From Candidatus Berkelbacteria bacterium (GTDB lineage: Bacteria; Patescibacteriota; UBA1384; XYA2-FULL-43-10; CAINNR01), in assembly GCA_037128645.1 (NCBI GenBank), contig JBAXWD010000001.1, forward strand, positions 1 through 35,672: a stretch of DNA of 35,672 nt, written 5' to 3'. The notes below the pieces were generated by a model, which saw only the letters and a list, made by a program, of their open reading frames with translations, was not told where the DNA came from and searched no databases. The first letter of the stretch is position 1. Every line of letters starts with the position of its first letter. The position numbers and the translations under genes are program-made. Positions 9,471-19,631 of this stretch are shown piece by piece.

Positions 9471-12400
9471 TCAGGCGCTGCTTGCCTTGCTTACCCTATT
9501 CCAAACTAAACGGCAAACAGCTCTGTAAACATCCTTCCGTTCTTCTGAAGTTAGCTCCAGGGCGTCGAAGACTACTTTATCTAGTTTGGCTCGATCTGGG
9601 AGCGGACATGGTTCCTGTTCCTCGATTGGGATCTTCAGTTGGGGGTCAATTCCACACTCCAAAAATATTGATTCTTTATCCTTTTTCAGCAATTCCAGAC
9701 CAACAATATTTAATTCCATGACTTGCAAACGCTTAACCTCGTATGTCTGAATCTTTAATAATCCACCACCAAATCCAACTCGACCGGTATTAAGTTGAAG
9801 CAAGTATGATACAGATGAATTAAGGAATAATTCAATATGTTTTTCTGTATGGATTTCTTGAAAATTATCACTTACGAAACATTCACCTACATATGAAGTT
9901 CCTACTTCGCTTATCAAGTAGTTAAAATTAATTTTTGCGGGTACCCGGTCACCCAAACTATACCAGTCTCTTCTTCCTGAAACACTCGGGACATCTTTCC
10001 AAAAAACCCCGTCTTTTGTTTTCTGTCGCTCGCCCCACTCAATATATTCTAAAGCCTTTGTACCAGCCAGGGCTTCTTTGCGTTTATTACAAATAAAGAG
10101 CTTGAAGCTGAGTTTTTTAGCATCGATCACAATACTTTTGCATTCACGAGGACTCTTGATTACTGGCTTCAAAAATTCATTTTCGATACCCCAACGACGA
10201 CTTTGTTCCTCATTAATATAAAAGAACTCATTCACACCTGTAGTAAAGCCTCGCCTTACAACAGCAACATCAGACAATTTGACAAGTTTATCTTTCCCTT
10301 TATTTAAGATGGTGAATAGAATATCGGGAGCGCGCAAGAATTTACTTCCCCATTTTTCTCCAATATATTTCCCGACTTTTAGTTTTTCCTGGGTTTCATC
10401 TTCAAATTCAATACCAGATTCTTCTAATTTGTCATTTGTAATCGGATATACCCTAAACATTTCATTGGAAGTTATTTCTTGAGCCTTTTCAATGGCAAGT
10501 AAATTTTCAGTATATATTACTTCCTCGAATGGTTTTTTAAATGCTATAAATTTTACGACATGGTCATCGCTAACACTTCTTTTTCTGTCAGCCAAAGGGG
10601 CGTGTATCACTGAGATAATTGTATTAACATCAGCAGCTTCGAAGCTTCTCTTTGCATGGTTATCTATTATAAGCTCGACTGGGGCACGTTCCAGTAAAAA
10701 CTTCTGAAGCCAAACTCCGTAGCCAACATCAAGCCAAGAGTTAGAGCAAATGAAAGTGTGTATTCCTTGAGGGTTGAGCAGACGCAGTCCACGAATATAA
10801 AAATAAGTATAGAGATCTGATTGGCCATTAATTTTAGTCTTTTGGGAAAAATCGTTTGGGAAATCTAGCTTAACCATTTCGGCAAGCAATCCCTTGTATT
10901 CTTTTTTATCCTTTATTCTACCCGTAGGGTCAGCAATATCTTCTTGTCTAACGTATGGAGGATTTCCGATAATGATGTCAAAGCCTCCTTTTTCAGTGAA
11001 GACCTCAGCGAATTCTATACACCAGACCAAAGGTTTATCTTTCCGCAAAACACTCTTCTGCTCCGAGAGTTCCAATATCTCGTTTTCCAATTGATCGATT
11101 TTTTCTTTGTTTAATTCGAGTGAAGTTTGTTGAGGAACTTCATCACCACCAAATAACGATGTTACTCGGAGAGTTTTCTGGCCCTTGAGACTCTTTAATT
11201 CATTTTGTTTTTCTTGTATCTCATTAGATAGAATTTCCTCATAAATCCTAAGCTCCTTTTGTCTAGGAACATCATAGTTTGCAAAAATAGTTTTATTATT
11301 AAAAAAATCAATTTTAAATGTTTTCAACTCAGTTATCTTCTTTTTTAATGAGCTCGTAAGTGCCTGGTTATAGCCAATAACTGGGAATAGCTTTGACCCA
11401 ACACGTTGAACTAAAGAATCGCCTTGCCGAACCTTAAAGTCAAGACTGGGGAGAATAGGTTTTTGTGACATTCTTAATTCTTCGGGTGCTTCAATAAACA
11501 AAGAGAGCCAAAGCCTTAACTGACAGATCCAAACTGCCCATTCCTTAACTTCAACACCATAAAGAGAGTTGCCAATAATTTGCTTTTTTCGGTCAAACGA
11601 ATCGCGACGGACAAGATCGAAACGTTCCCTTAAATTGTTTTCAACTTCATCTAGAACTTGCATCATTCCAACCAAGAAAGCACCTGAGCCAACTGCGGGG
11701 TCGCAAATAGCTAGGTTCTCGAGTAAATCCAAAGTTTCTATAGCTTCAACCTTAGAAAAGCTACCTACTTTTTGCTCATTATCCTTCTCACTTTCACGGA
11801 AGAATAGTTCGTAGAGGTTCTCTGATCTGATGTTGGAAGTTTGGTTCTTTTGCAACCATTTAACGAGACTTAACCTACACATATAGTCAACTTCGGTACG
11901 GGGTGTGTAAACGGCACCATCAGCCTTATTTACGATACGTTCAAAGATTATCCCCAAGAATTCCGGATTGAGCTGGAGATCTGAATCATCTATTGAGCTT
12001 TCCTCAATCGTGAAACTATGCGAAAACAGAAAATCAAAAAATTCGCCGATTTCCTGGTCTGGAATATACCAGCCATTTCCGTCATAGCCATCCTTCTCTC
12101 TAAAAAGGCCACCGTTTAGATATGGGGCAAGCTGTAGCGCTGAATTAATTTCTGCTGGTAAGTGTTGCCGAGGAAAGAACTTATTGTTCAGTGCTTCAAA
12201 GAAAAGGAGAGAGAGCCAATCTTCGTAAAATCTATTTTCAACTTTAGATTTTAGATAGCTGCTAAATAATTTTTGAATGAAATTCTGGTCGTCACCGAGC
12301 CAATTCCTTTTTTGAATGAATCCGAGAAAGATTGTTCGGATTGAGAATAAGAGAACGAAATCTCTTGCTTTTTCTTCGGTTATGCTATTCTTGACCGCCG

Positions 12401-12953
12401 CAACTTTAACAAGCTTGTTATATATATTAAAAAAATCTTTGTAGAATATCTCTGTAACTGGACCGACAGCAAATGCATCTTTGACCGAGGAGAATGAGGA
12501 AAAATTAGAACTACTCATCCTCTCTAAAAAGGTTTTATTAGTAAACTGTCTACTTACGAAATATGTAAATCGACGAAAATTAGACCATTGCCGACGCGTC
12601 CCGACCGCCTCAGGATAAATTAGTGAAAAACGAAAATTTCCAGATGAATCGAAAAACACGAATATGCCAGCTCCGAAATCATACTTTTTCAACAATGTCT
12701 TTGCGAACTCGTACTGGATTCTCTTTGAGCTTCTTTCGTCAAGTTCTCGTCCTACAAATGATTCTATAATTACGAGTTTTTCCCATGCTTTGAAATTAAT
12801 CTCTCCAATTTTTCTGGTTTGGGTTATTAATTGGCCATGGATGTCAGGTAAGGTTGCCATAGATCTTGTAAAGAGCGAAGATTTAGCTTCAAAAAAACTA
12901 GCTAATTTATCTGCATCATATTGAGCAATTAGTTGATCAAGAAATTCTTTCAT
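9471..12953 (-). CDS. N6-adenine DNA methyltransferase, large MmeI/PglX/YeeA-like (Eco57I-family) architecture, 1160 aa
   Basis: AdoMet motif I DPAVGSGAFLVGM lies upstream of catalytic motif IV IIIGNPPYV (gamma-class order). Long N-terminal region with no obvious PD-ExK triad. Large C-terminal specificity-like region. The start codon overlaps the helicase stop (ATGA at 12950-12953). Confidence 0.9.
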   Translation of the reverse strand: MKEFLDQLIAQYDADKLASFFEAKSSLFTRSMATLPDIHGQLITQTRKIGEINFKAWEKLVIIESFVGRELDERSSKRIQYEFAKTLLKKYDFGAGIFVFFDSSGNFRFSLIYPEAVGTRRQWSNFRRFTYFVSRQFTNKTFLERMSSSNFSSFSSVKDAFAVGPVTEIFYKDFFNIYNKLVKVAAVKNSITEEKARDFVLLFSIRTIFLGFIQKRNWLGDDQNFIQKLFSSYLKSKVENRFYEDWLSLLFFEALNNKFFPRQHLPAEINSALQLAPYLNGGLFREKDGYDGNGWYIPDQEIGEFFDFLFSHSFTIEESSIDDSDLQLNPEFLGIIFERIVNKADGAVYTPRTEVDYMCRLSLVKWLQKNQTSNIRSENLYELFFRESEKDNEQKVGSFSKVEAIETLDLLENLAICDPAVGSGAFLVGMMQVLDEVENNLRERFDLVRRDSFDRKKQIIGNSLYGVEVKEWAVWICQLRLWLSLFIEAPEELRMSQKPILPSLDFKVRQGDSLVQRVGSKLFPVIGYNQALTSSLKKKITELKTFKIDFFNNKTIFANYDVPRQKELRIYEEILSNEIQEKQNELKSLKGQKTLRVTSLFGGDEVPQQTSLELNKEKIDQLENEILELSEQKSVLRKDKPLVWCIEFAEVFTEKGGFDIIIGNPPYVRQEDIADPTGRIKDKKEYKGLLAEMVKLDFPNDFSQKTKINGQSDLYTYFYIRGLRLLNPQGIHTFICSNSWLDVGYGVWLQKFLLERAPVELIIDNHAKRSFEAADVNTIISVIHAPLADRKRSVSDDHVVKFIAFKKPFEEVIYTENLLAIEKAQEITSNEMFRVYPITNDKLEESGIEFEDETQEKLKVGKYIGEKWGSKFLRAPDILFTILNKGKDKLVKLSDVAVVRRGFTTGVNEFFYINEEQSRRWGIENEFLKPVIKSPRECKSIVIDAKKLSFKLFICNKRKEALAGTKALEYIEWGERQKTKDGVFWKDVPSVSGRRDWYSLGDRVPAKINFNYLISEVGTSYVGECFVSDNFQEIHTEKHIELFLNSSVSYLLQLNTGRVGFGGGLLKIQTYEVKRLQVMELNIVGLELLKKDKESIFLECGIDPQLKIPIEEQEPCPLPDRAKLDKVVFDALELTSEERKDVYRAVCRLVWNRVSKASSA

Positions 12954-15900
12954 TCTGAACCCTTTTGATTCTCAATTGAAATGATTACATCTTGAGTTAG
13001 CTTATTTGCTCGCTCTTTAATAGAATCGAGATAGTTGTCACCGCCAAGAAGTTTTTTTAAGTCCTTGATATCTTTAATTGACTCTTCAGATTTTGCATCA
13101 GAGCTAAAATTAAGTTTTTTAATTGTTCTTTGAGTATATTCTGATAAAGTTTTGTATTCGTACATGTCTTCAAGAAGGCTTTCAATGAATTTTTTATAAG
13201 GGTTGAGCTGATCGTCTTGAAGCTCTAGTAAATATTTGAGATTGTTTTTCGCCTGAACTTCAACACTTTGTTCGCTAGTTGCTCTTCTCAAATTCTCTTT
13301 GTAGTCGCTGATTTTCGTGTACGATTTCCAAAAATCAACACTAAGATCCAACCCGGTTGTTTCTGGTTCACATTTGATCAATTCATAACATTGGTCAACC
13401 CCACATTCATTAACAGGAGAGGTGAGATCTGATTGGTCTGTTGTACGGATGAAAAATCCCAAGCCTTTTCTTATAACCGTAACAAGAATATTTTTCTCAT
13501 ACTCTTTTGCAACTTTTACTCTATTTGGAAGCTTGGCTATTTTTTCTACTATATTTGGATTCTGTTTGCATAGTTCCATATACTCACGTCTGATTTTTGT
13601 TTGAAAACTTTCTTGTTCCAAGTTTTCTGGATTCTCATTGACTCGGTCATATAGACTAGCAGCGTGTGGGGTCTCGTCCGCATCGAATATTTTAGCATCT
13701 TCGCCCAAAACATTGTGAATCATAAACATTTTCTCTGCAGCTATTTGGCGGCTTTTAATGATATCCGCACCTTTCAAAGTCGGGAAGAAGTTGTGAATAT
13801 ATAAATATTCAAATACTTTTTTGCCTATTCTGTTTATTCTACCCACCCTCTGAATCACTCTGGTCGGATTCCAAGGTATATCATAATTGATGACAGATCC
13901 AGCCCTGTTTAGATTAAAACCTTCAGACATTTTGTCTGTTCCTAGTAGAATCTGATAGGTGTCTTCCTGCTCTTTGTAGTCTGCATCAAAGTTTTTTAAG
14001 ACATCATCAATCTTTGAATTCAGGTCATTTGTTACAGAAAGTACTTTCCCAGGAAATAAATTTTCAAGGATTGGTTTTAAGTAGTTTGCAGTATCAAGAT
14101 ACTCGGTGAAAATTATAACTTTTCTGTTCTTAACGTTATCAATACCGCCAGATATAATTTTGTTTATAGATTCTTCTAACTTTTCAATTTTCGGATCGTT
14201 TGCGACAAGATCTAGATCTTGTATCTTTTGCTTAAGTTCTGCAAATATATTGAGATCGGACTGCATGTCTTCTAAAAATTTATCTTTTTGCTTGAATTCG
14301 TCGATTTTATATCTCTGATATGATTTGGGATAATTTCCTTTTTCTAAGACTTCGGTATATTCGTCAAGTTTTTTCTGAACCTCTTCAATATCATCCTGCG
14401 ATATTTTTTCAATAAGTTTTCTGTCGAGAATAAACTCGCCAGTTTTATTGACGAAGTCAATGCAAAGTTTGGTTACCCTTTCAAAATTATTTATACTCTT
14501 TTCGAACGCGCCAAAAGAGCTCTCAAAACGTTTTACAAGAAGCCTTTTCATAAAATCATACAAGTTTTTCTGAATCAAAGACTGTCTATTACCTTCCTGG
14601 CCCAAAGCTTCAACGTCATCGGTATCAATCCCTTCTTGATAACGAAATGGCTGATAAATAGCACCTTTGAATTTACCGTTTTCACTAAAATAATCTTCAA
14701 TAACTTCATCATAGAATTTAGATTGTGCTTCGGTAAGCTCATAAAATTCTTCAACTGGAGGATCAGCTATCTCCGACAATTCTGTTACTTCTTTAGAGTA
14801 AACCGGGTCATTTTTTAGATCAAGCCTATTTCTTCGTATAGTAACTGGCTCAATCACAGATCGGATTCTTTCGGCTAAACTCTTTGCCCTCCCAAGAACA
14901 TCTTTGTCAACTTTCTCAAAAGAAATTTCTCTTTCGCCGAAAAGCGAACGATACTTTGCTTCCGCCTGTTTTCTTTTGTTTTCATCTGAAGACCGGATAT
15001 TTTTTTTAATATATGACAAGTCTTTGAATACTTTATTGTAATGAGAAAATTCAACGTCAAGATCATCGTTTAAAGTAAGCTCCGATTTACCAGAAATAAT
15101 AAATAGCTTAAGCAGTGAATATATATCAGCCGGAGAGTTATTAAATGGCGTAGCTGTCATTAAAATGACCACTTTATCTTTGCATATACCTCTTAATAAT
15201 TCATGATCTCTAGTATCTTGATTCCTAAATCTATGGGCTTCATCAATAATTATTACATCAACATCATTGTTTTGGACGTAATCAAATGCGTCTTCCAAAT
15301 TCCCTGATGACTTTATCTCCCAAGAATACAGTCCAAAATCTTTGCGATACTTTTTCCAACCAGACTTGTTGTTTGTGTCTCCTATTAGACCAGGAGGGCA
15401 AAGAATTAGGCCTTTTTTGTTTATCATTCTGCCAACCAAAGAACCAACTACACTTTTGCCAAGACCAACAACATCACAGATAATAGCACCGTTATATCGT
15501 TCAATCATGGCAAGAGCCTGAGTAACAGCGTCAACCTGATATTGGTAAGGTTTGTAACCAGCATCTTCTAAAATCAATTTTAGACTTTGCTCGGCTTTTT
15601 GTTGCTTGGTATATTCAACATAATTTCTTAACACTAAAGCAAATGCTTCGAACGGAGTAATTTTTGCTACAATGCTTTCCTGCTCTAGTGTTTTGATAAG
15701 TCTTTCTTTTATAACATCATTTTCTGTAATCTTCACCGAGCTTTCCCACAGTTCATCAAAAAAATCTTCAGCTTCTTTCGAATTGCTATCACTAACCTCT
15801 AAATTAAATTCTCCTTGAGAGACAAGACCAGCCCTGGTTAGGTTACTACTTCCGGTAATAAAAATAGATTCTCGGATTATTTTTGAGTCTTCATTCATTT

Positions 15901-16312
15901 TGAATATATACAACTTTGAATGATTTGGCTCTTTTGTTTTTCTAATTATTAAGCGGCCTTCTTTTATTGAATCTATGAAATATCTAATTTGTTCATAGTA
16001 CGCTTCTGAATCTAGTTCTTTGTGAGAAGTGGCTGTTTTTACAGAACCAATGTAGTTATTGGCTCTTTCGGAATCGTTTTTGGCTTGTAATCCAAGTTCT
16101 ACCAGTTGATCTGTTAACTGATCAACATTAAGGCCAACGAGTACATTCAACTTTATACTAGGGTTAAGTTTGAGGCATTCAAAAAGTTCAGCAATGCCAG
16201 AAAAGTAAAAAAAACCAACTAGAAATTTAAGCTCCTGGCTCTTAGAAGTAAGTTCGGAAATTCTATCGCGTAGCTTTCTTTCCTTGTTGTTGATGATATT
16301 TGCATTTGCCAT
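12950..16312 (-). CDS. fusion of an N-terminal PLD (HKD) nuclease domain and an SNF2-family helicase, 1120 aa
   Basis: HKD motif NHSKLYIF...ITGSSNLTRAGL. SNF2 motifs DVVGLGKS (I), IIIDEAHRFRN (II), LMTATPFNNSPADIYSLLKLF (III) and LLGTDKMSEGFNLNRAGSVINYDIPWNPTRVIQRVGRINRIG (V-VI). AAGGAA SD. Confidence 0.9.
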   Translation of the reverse strand: MANANIINNKERKLRDRISELTSKSQELKFLVGFFYFSGIAELFECLKLNPSIKLNVLVGLNVDQLTDQLVELGLQAKNDSERANNYIGSVKTATSHKELDSEAYYEQIRYFIDSIKEGRLIIRKTKEPNHSKLYIFKMNEDSKIIRESIFITGSSNLTRAGLVSQGEFNLEVSDSNSKEAEDFFDELWESSVKITENDVIKERLIKTLEQESIVAKITPFEAFALVLRNYVEYTKQQKAEQSLKLILEDAGYKPYQYQVDAVTQALAMIERYNGAIICDVVGLGKSVVGSLVGRMINKKGLILCPPGLIGDTNNKSGWKKYRKDFGLYSWEIKSSGNLEDAFDYVQNNDVDVIIIDEAHRFRNQDTRDHELLRGICKDKVVILMTATPFNNSPADIYSLLKLFIISGKSELTLNDDLDVEFSHYNKVFKDLSYIKKNIRSSDENKRKQAEAKYRSLFGEREISFEKVDKDVLGRAKSLAERIRSVIEPVTIRRNRLDLKNDPVYSKEVTELSEIADPPVEEFYELTEAQSKFYDEVIEDYFSENGKFKGAIYQPFRYQEGIDTDDVEALGQEGNRQSLIQKNLYDFMKRLLVKRFESSFGAFEKSINNFERVTKLCIDFVNKTGEFILDRKLIEKISQDDIEEVQKKLDEYTEVLEKGNYPKSYQRYKIDEFKQKDKFLEDMQSDLNIFAELKQKIQDLDLVANDPKIEKLEESINKIISGGIDNVKNRKVIIFTEYLDTANYLKPILENLFPGKVLSVTNDLNSKIDDVLKNFDADYKEQEDTYQILLGTDKMSEGFNLNRAGSVINYDIPWNPTRVIQRVGRINRIGKKVFEYLYIHNFFPTLKGADIIKSRQIAAEKMFMIHNVLGEDAKIFDADETPHAASLYDRVNENPENLEQESFQTKIRREYMELCKQNPNIVEKIAKLPNRVKVAKEYEKNILVTVIRKGLGFFIRTTDQSDLTSPVNECGVDQCYELIKCEPETTGLDLSVDFWKSYTKISDYKENLRRATSEQSVEVQAKNNLKYLLELQDDQLNPYKKFIESLLEDMYEYKTLSEYTQRTIKKLNFSSDAKSEESIKDIKDLKKLLGGDNYLDSIKERANKLTQDVIISIENQKGSE

Positions 16313-16575
16313 CTTTGTTCCTTGTCTGTTTACGATTTTGTTGCTTTCAGCGTACCACTTTACAGGGTAAAAATAAAGATTTACCGCTGTGTTTAATTAA
16401 GCTCCTTCTTTACTTTTTTGTCCAGTCCACCAATTTATGGCTGTTATGAAAAATCAGATTGAATCCTGACTGGATCCTTGCTTTTTCAGTTTAGATTTGC
16501 TAGATTGCGCTTGTACGCAAACAAGCTGTAAATTTCGTCAATTGCTTGATTAAAAGTGGAGGGGAGGGAGAATAT

Positions 16576-19506
16576 GTGCCAACAGGCCCAATCGATCCTC
16601 ATTTGCCTCCTGCAAGCTCAACACTACCTTCGATCTCAACATTTCAAGGCAGTTTTTTAACGGCCTATACTCCTTCTCCAAATGATAATAAGTTTGCTCT
16701 AGATCTATTACACGCAATCCAGAATCATACTCCATTAACTCTTTTACAAAAGATCTTTTTGGTTGTAGTCACAATACCCGGACCGATTGGTTGGAAACTA
16801 TCGTTTTTCAATTTCATAAGTTCGATCGGATCCACCGGTTCCAGTAGTTCGAACTCGCTGGCTCATTTTCTTATCATTTTAGCTGTCATCTGCATTGTTT
16901 TGATTCTTTTATTTTTGCTTCGCAAATTCGGCTGGCGATTCCTTGTTAAAAAACAACCTTTAATTTTTCTGGAATTAACCTTTCCCTCAATCACAACCAT
17001 AACCGCTAACACAACTGAGCAATTATTTACCTTGCTTCACTCTTTGGCAACACAGCAAAAATTTATTCATAAAATAATTGGGCATAAGAAACAATATGCG
17101 CTCGAGATTGTCGCCTCCAAAGAACAAGGAATCAGATATATACTAACTGTGCCGGATTCCGATTCTTCGTCTATTCAGAAAAGTTTGTTGTCATATTTGC
17201 CCGGACTAAAAATCAACAAAATCAAAGATTATCTACCGGCTGACCTTAATCCGCCAAAGAAAAATAAAAATTCTGTCAGACACCGCATCATCGAACTTAA
17301 ACTCTCCAATGATTATCTTTTGCCCTTGCAGGAATCAAAAACCCTCAAAGAACATGACCCGATTGCGTATCTAACCGGCAACATGACCAAACTGGAGCCC
17401 GATGAACTGATGGTTTTTCAAGTAGTTGTCTCTCCAATTACCAAATCCAGCCATAGCTCGGTTGTCCGGCATATCAATAAAATCAAACAGCGAATTTATA
17501 ATAAGCAAACTCTAGACGATAAACTTTTCGTCAATCACATATTGAATACGCTTAAAGTTTTTCAAATAATATTCATTGCCATTGCGAATTTTATCAAAGC
17601 GGTTGTCGTCTTTTTTGTTAGCCTGCCAATAGCTCTTTGGGATACAAAGGGTGAGAGTGTGCCTTTCTTCAAAAACGAGGCGAAAGTGATTGTAATCGAA
17701 GATTCTCTATCTCCCAGAGAACAAGAACTCCAAGTTGCAGTTAAGGAAAAAATTGACAAACCAATGTTTGAAACTTCACTTCGGCTGTTAATCTGTTCCG
17801 ATGACAAGGAAGGATGCAATTCCAGAGTCTCCGGTTTCCTGGCTTCATTCGGATCACTGAGCAGTACTTATCAAGCTTTGGTTTTGAAAGGTAAAAGCCT
17901 ATTCTCGCTTATTCAGCAACCGAAATTGGCTCTAGTAAGCAGACAAATATCGCTCTCAAATAACCCTATCCTGTCCGCTTCGGAGCTGACCGATATTTAT
18001 CATTTTCCGTATACCGAAACAACCAAGACTGAGGATCTGGTTAAATCCAAGAACCAGCCTTTGCCGGCTCCATTATCTTTTAAACAAACCAATCCGGAAT
18101 TTGATAATGTCTTCGCCAAAAATAGCTACGGTGGAACGGAAACTGTTGTCGGGCAGACTCTAAATGAGAGAAGACGCCATACATATATTTTGGGTGCTAC
18201 TGGCTCCGGTAAAACCACCTTGCTATCTACCATGATTTATCAGGACATCATAAACGGTAAAGGCCTGGCTGTGATTGATCCTCACGGACAATTGGTCGAA
18301 AAAATATTGTCGGTTATTCCCAAAGAGCGAATCAATGATGTGGTTTGGTTTGCTCCCGATGATGATGCTTATCCGATTGCTTTAAATCTGCTCGAACTGC
18401 CTAAAGATAATTTGTTAACTGCAAGCCAACTGCAGAAACAAAAGTCATTAGTGGCCAGCAGTATAATCTCCATTATTCAAAAGTTCTACGATAAAAAGTT
18501 CTTCGGTCCAAGAATGGAATATGTCCTACGGAATACAATTCTAACCGCTCTGGAAACTCCGGACCCGACGCTGGCTACAATTCTGGATCTTCTGACAAAC
18601 AAAAGCTACCGCAAGGAAATTATTAAGGGCTTGGAAAACAAGATATTAAAAGATTACTGGTTAAACGAATTTGAGAAACTGGGCAGCATGCAAAGAAACA
18701 ATGTCATTTCTCCAATCACCAACAAAATCGGTGGGATATTAGGCTCGCCGATCAATTACAATATACTGACACAACCGAAAAGCACCATCAATTTCGATCA
18801 AATAATGAACGAAGGAAAGATTCTGCTTTGTGATTTGTCCAAGGGGAAAATCGGCGAGGATGAATCAAGTTTCTTTGGCTCCCTGGTTATTGCCAAGATT
18901 CAGCTGGCGGCATTAAAAAGAGCCCAAATGCCCGAAGAAGAGCGGAATGATTTCTTTCTCTATGTCGATGAGTTTCAAAACTTTGCCACCCAGTCTTTTT
19001 CCGAACTGGTATCCGAAGCCAGAAAGTATCGGCTGGCAACAATCCTGGCCCATCAATCAATTTCTCAAATTGAAGACCGTGACATTATTAAAGTCATCTT
19101 GGCCAATGTCGCAACGGTCATTTGTTTTAAAACAGCCAACCCCGAAGACGAGCAATTTATCTTACCGATCTTTTCGCCCGAAGTCTCAAAACACGAGATC
19201 GGTAACCTTCCGCTTTATAACTTCTATATGAAAATATCAGTCGGCCAGGCCCAGGACACATTTTTAGCACAAGCGGACAACTTTACCGTTAAAGGCAGTG
19301 AGAAAACAGCGGAACTTGTGATTAATGAATCAAGAAAAAGATACGCAACAATTATTAACCAGACAAAGCAACGCAAAGAAAAACCTAAAGAAAAGGCAAC
19401 TGTTAAAAAGCCCGAAACGGCAAAAGCAAAGGTTGTGAAACCGCGAGAAAACAAATCAAAAGATACCAAACAAACTGGCAGTAATTTACTCCCGCGGCGG
19501 GAGTAG
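16576..19506 (+). CDS. type IV coupling protein-like (VirD4/TraD/TraG-type) membrane ATPase
   Basis: N-terminal hydrophobic segments (LAHFLIILAVICIVLILLFLL). Walker A YILGATGSGKTT, Walker B-like FFLYVDEFQNF, ILAHQSISQI, and a lysine-rich tail. The ORF track starts at TTG 16546. GTG at 16576 is preferred because the purine-rich SD GGAGGGGAGGGAG (16558-16570) sits 5 nt upstream. Confidence 0.78.
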   Translation: MPTGPIDPHLPPASSTLPSISTFQGSFLTAYTPSPNDNKFALDLLHAIQNHTPLTLLQKIFLVVVTIPGPIGWKLSFFNFISSIGSTGSSSSNSLAHFLIILAVICIVLILLFLLRKFGWRFLVKKQPLIFLELTFPSITTITANTTEQLFTLLHSLATQQKFIHKIIGHKKQYALEIVASKEQGIRYILTVPDSDSSSIQKSLLSYLPGLKINKIKDYLPADLNPPKKNKNSVRHRIIELKLSNDYLLPLQESKTLKEHDPIAYLTGNMTKLEPDELMVFQVVVSPITKSSHSSVVRHINKIKQRIYNKQTLDDKLFVNHILNTLKVFQIIFIAIANFIKAVVVFFVSLPIALWDTKGESVPFFKNEAKVIVIEDSLSPREQELQVAVKEKIDKPMFETSLRLLICSDDKEGCNSRVSGFLASFGSLSSTYQALVLKGKSLFSLIQQPKLALVSRQISLSNNPILSASELTDIYHFPYTETTKTEDLVKSKNQPLPAPLSFKQTNPEFDNVFAKNSYGGTETVVGQTLNERRRHTYILGATGSGKTTLLSTMIYQDIINGKGLAVIDPHGQLVEKILSVIPKERINDVVWFAPDDDAYPIALNLLELPKDNLLTASQLQKQKSLVASSIISIIQKFYDKKFFGPRMEYVLRNTILTALETPDPTLATILDLLTNKSYRKEIIKGLENKILKDYWLNEFEKLGSMQRNNVISPITNKIGGILGSPINYNILTQPKSTINFDQIMNEGKILLCDLSKGKIGEDESSFFGSLVIAKIQLAALKRAQMPEEERNDFFLYVDEFQNFATQSFSELVSEARKYRLATILAHQSISQIEDRDIIKVILANVATVICFKTANPEDEQFILPIFSPEVSKHEIGNLPLYNFYMKISVGQAQDTFLAQADNFTVKGSEKTAELVINESRKRYATIINQTKQRKEKPKEKATVKKPETAKAKVVKPRENKSKDTKQTGSNLLPRRE

Positions 19507-19524
19507 AAATTCAATACCTTTTGA

Positions 19525-19575
19525 GATCAAAATCGTTAAATATTTTGATCCCTACCTATACAAGTATGGTGTAGG
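19525..19575. repeat. two adjacent inverted repeats (9-bp perfect stem at 19525-19550; imperfect hairpin at 19551-19575) between the coupling-protein and relaxation-family genes
   Basis: gatcaaaat-cgttaaat-attttgatc, followed by cctacctatacaagtatggtgtagg. Confidence 0.5.
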
Positions 19576-19631
19576 TATGGATTGGTAAAAAAGTATATAA
19601 CTAACTACAAACTATTTCATCATCAAACTAA

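Noticed and set aside
6206-15483. Many 60-120-aa ORFs nested in or antisense to the 1015-aa, methyltransferase and helicase genes (e.g. 6206-6532, 7201-7569, 9482-9721, 10279-12924, 13422-15483)
   Set aside because: All are embedded in much longer ORFs that carry strong motifs. Their translations are S/F/L/I-rich strings typical of antisense reading of AT-rich coding DNA.
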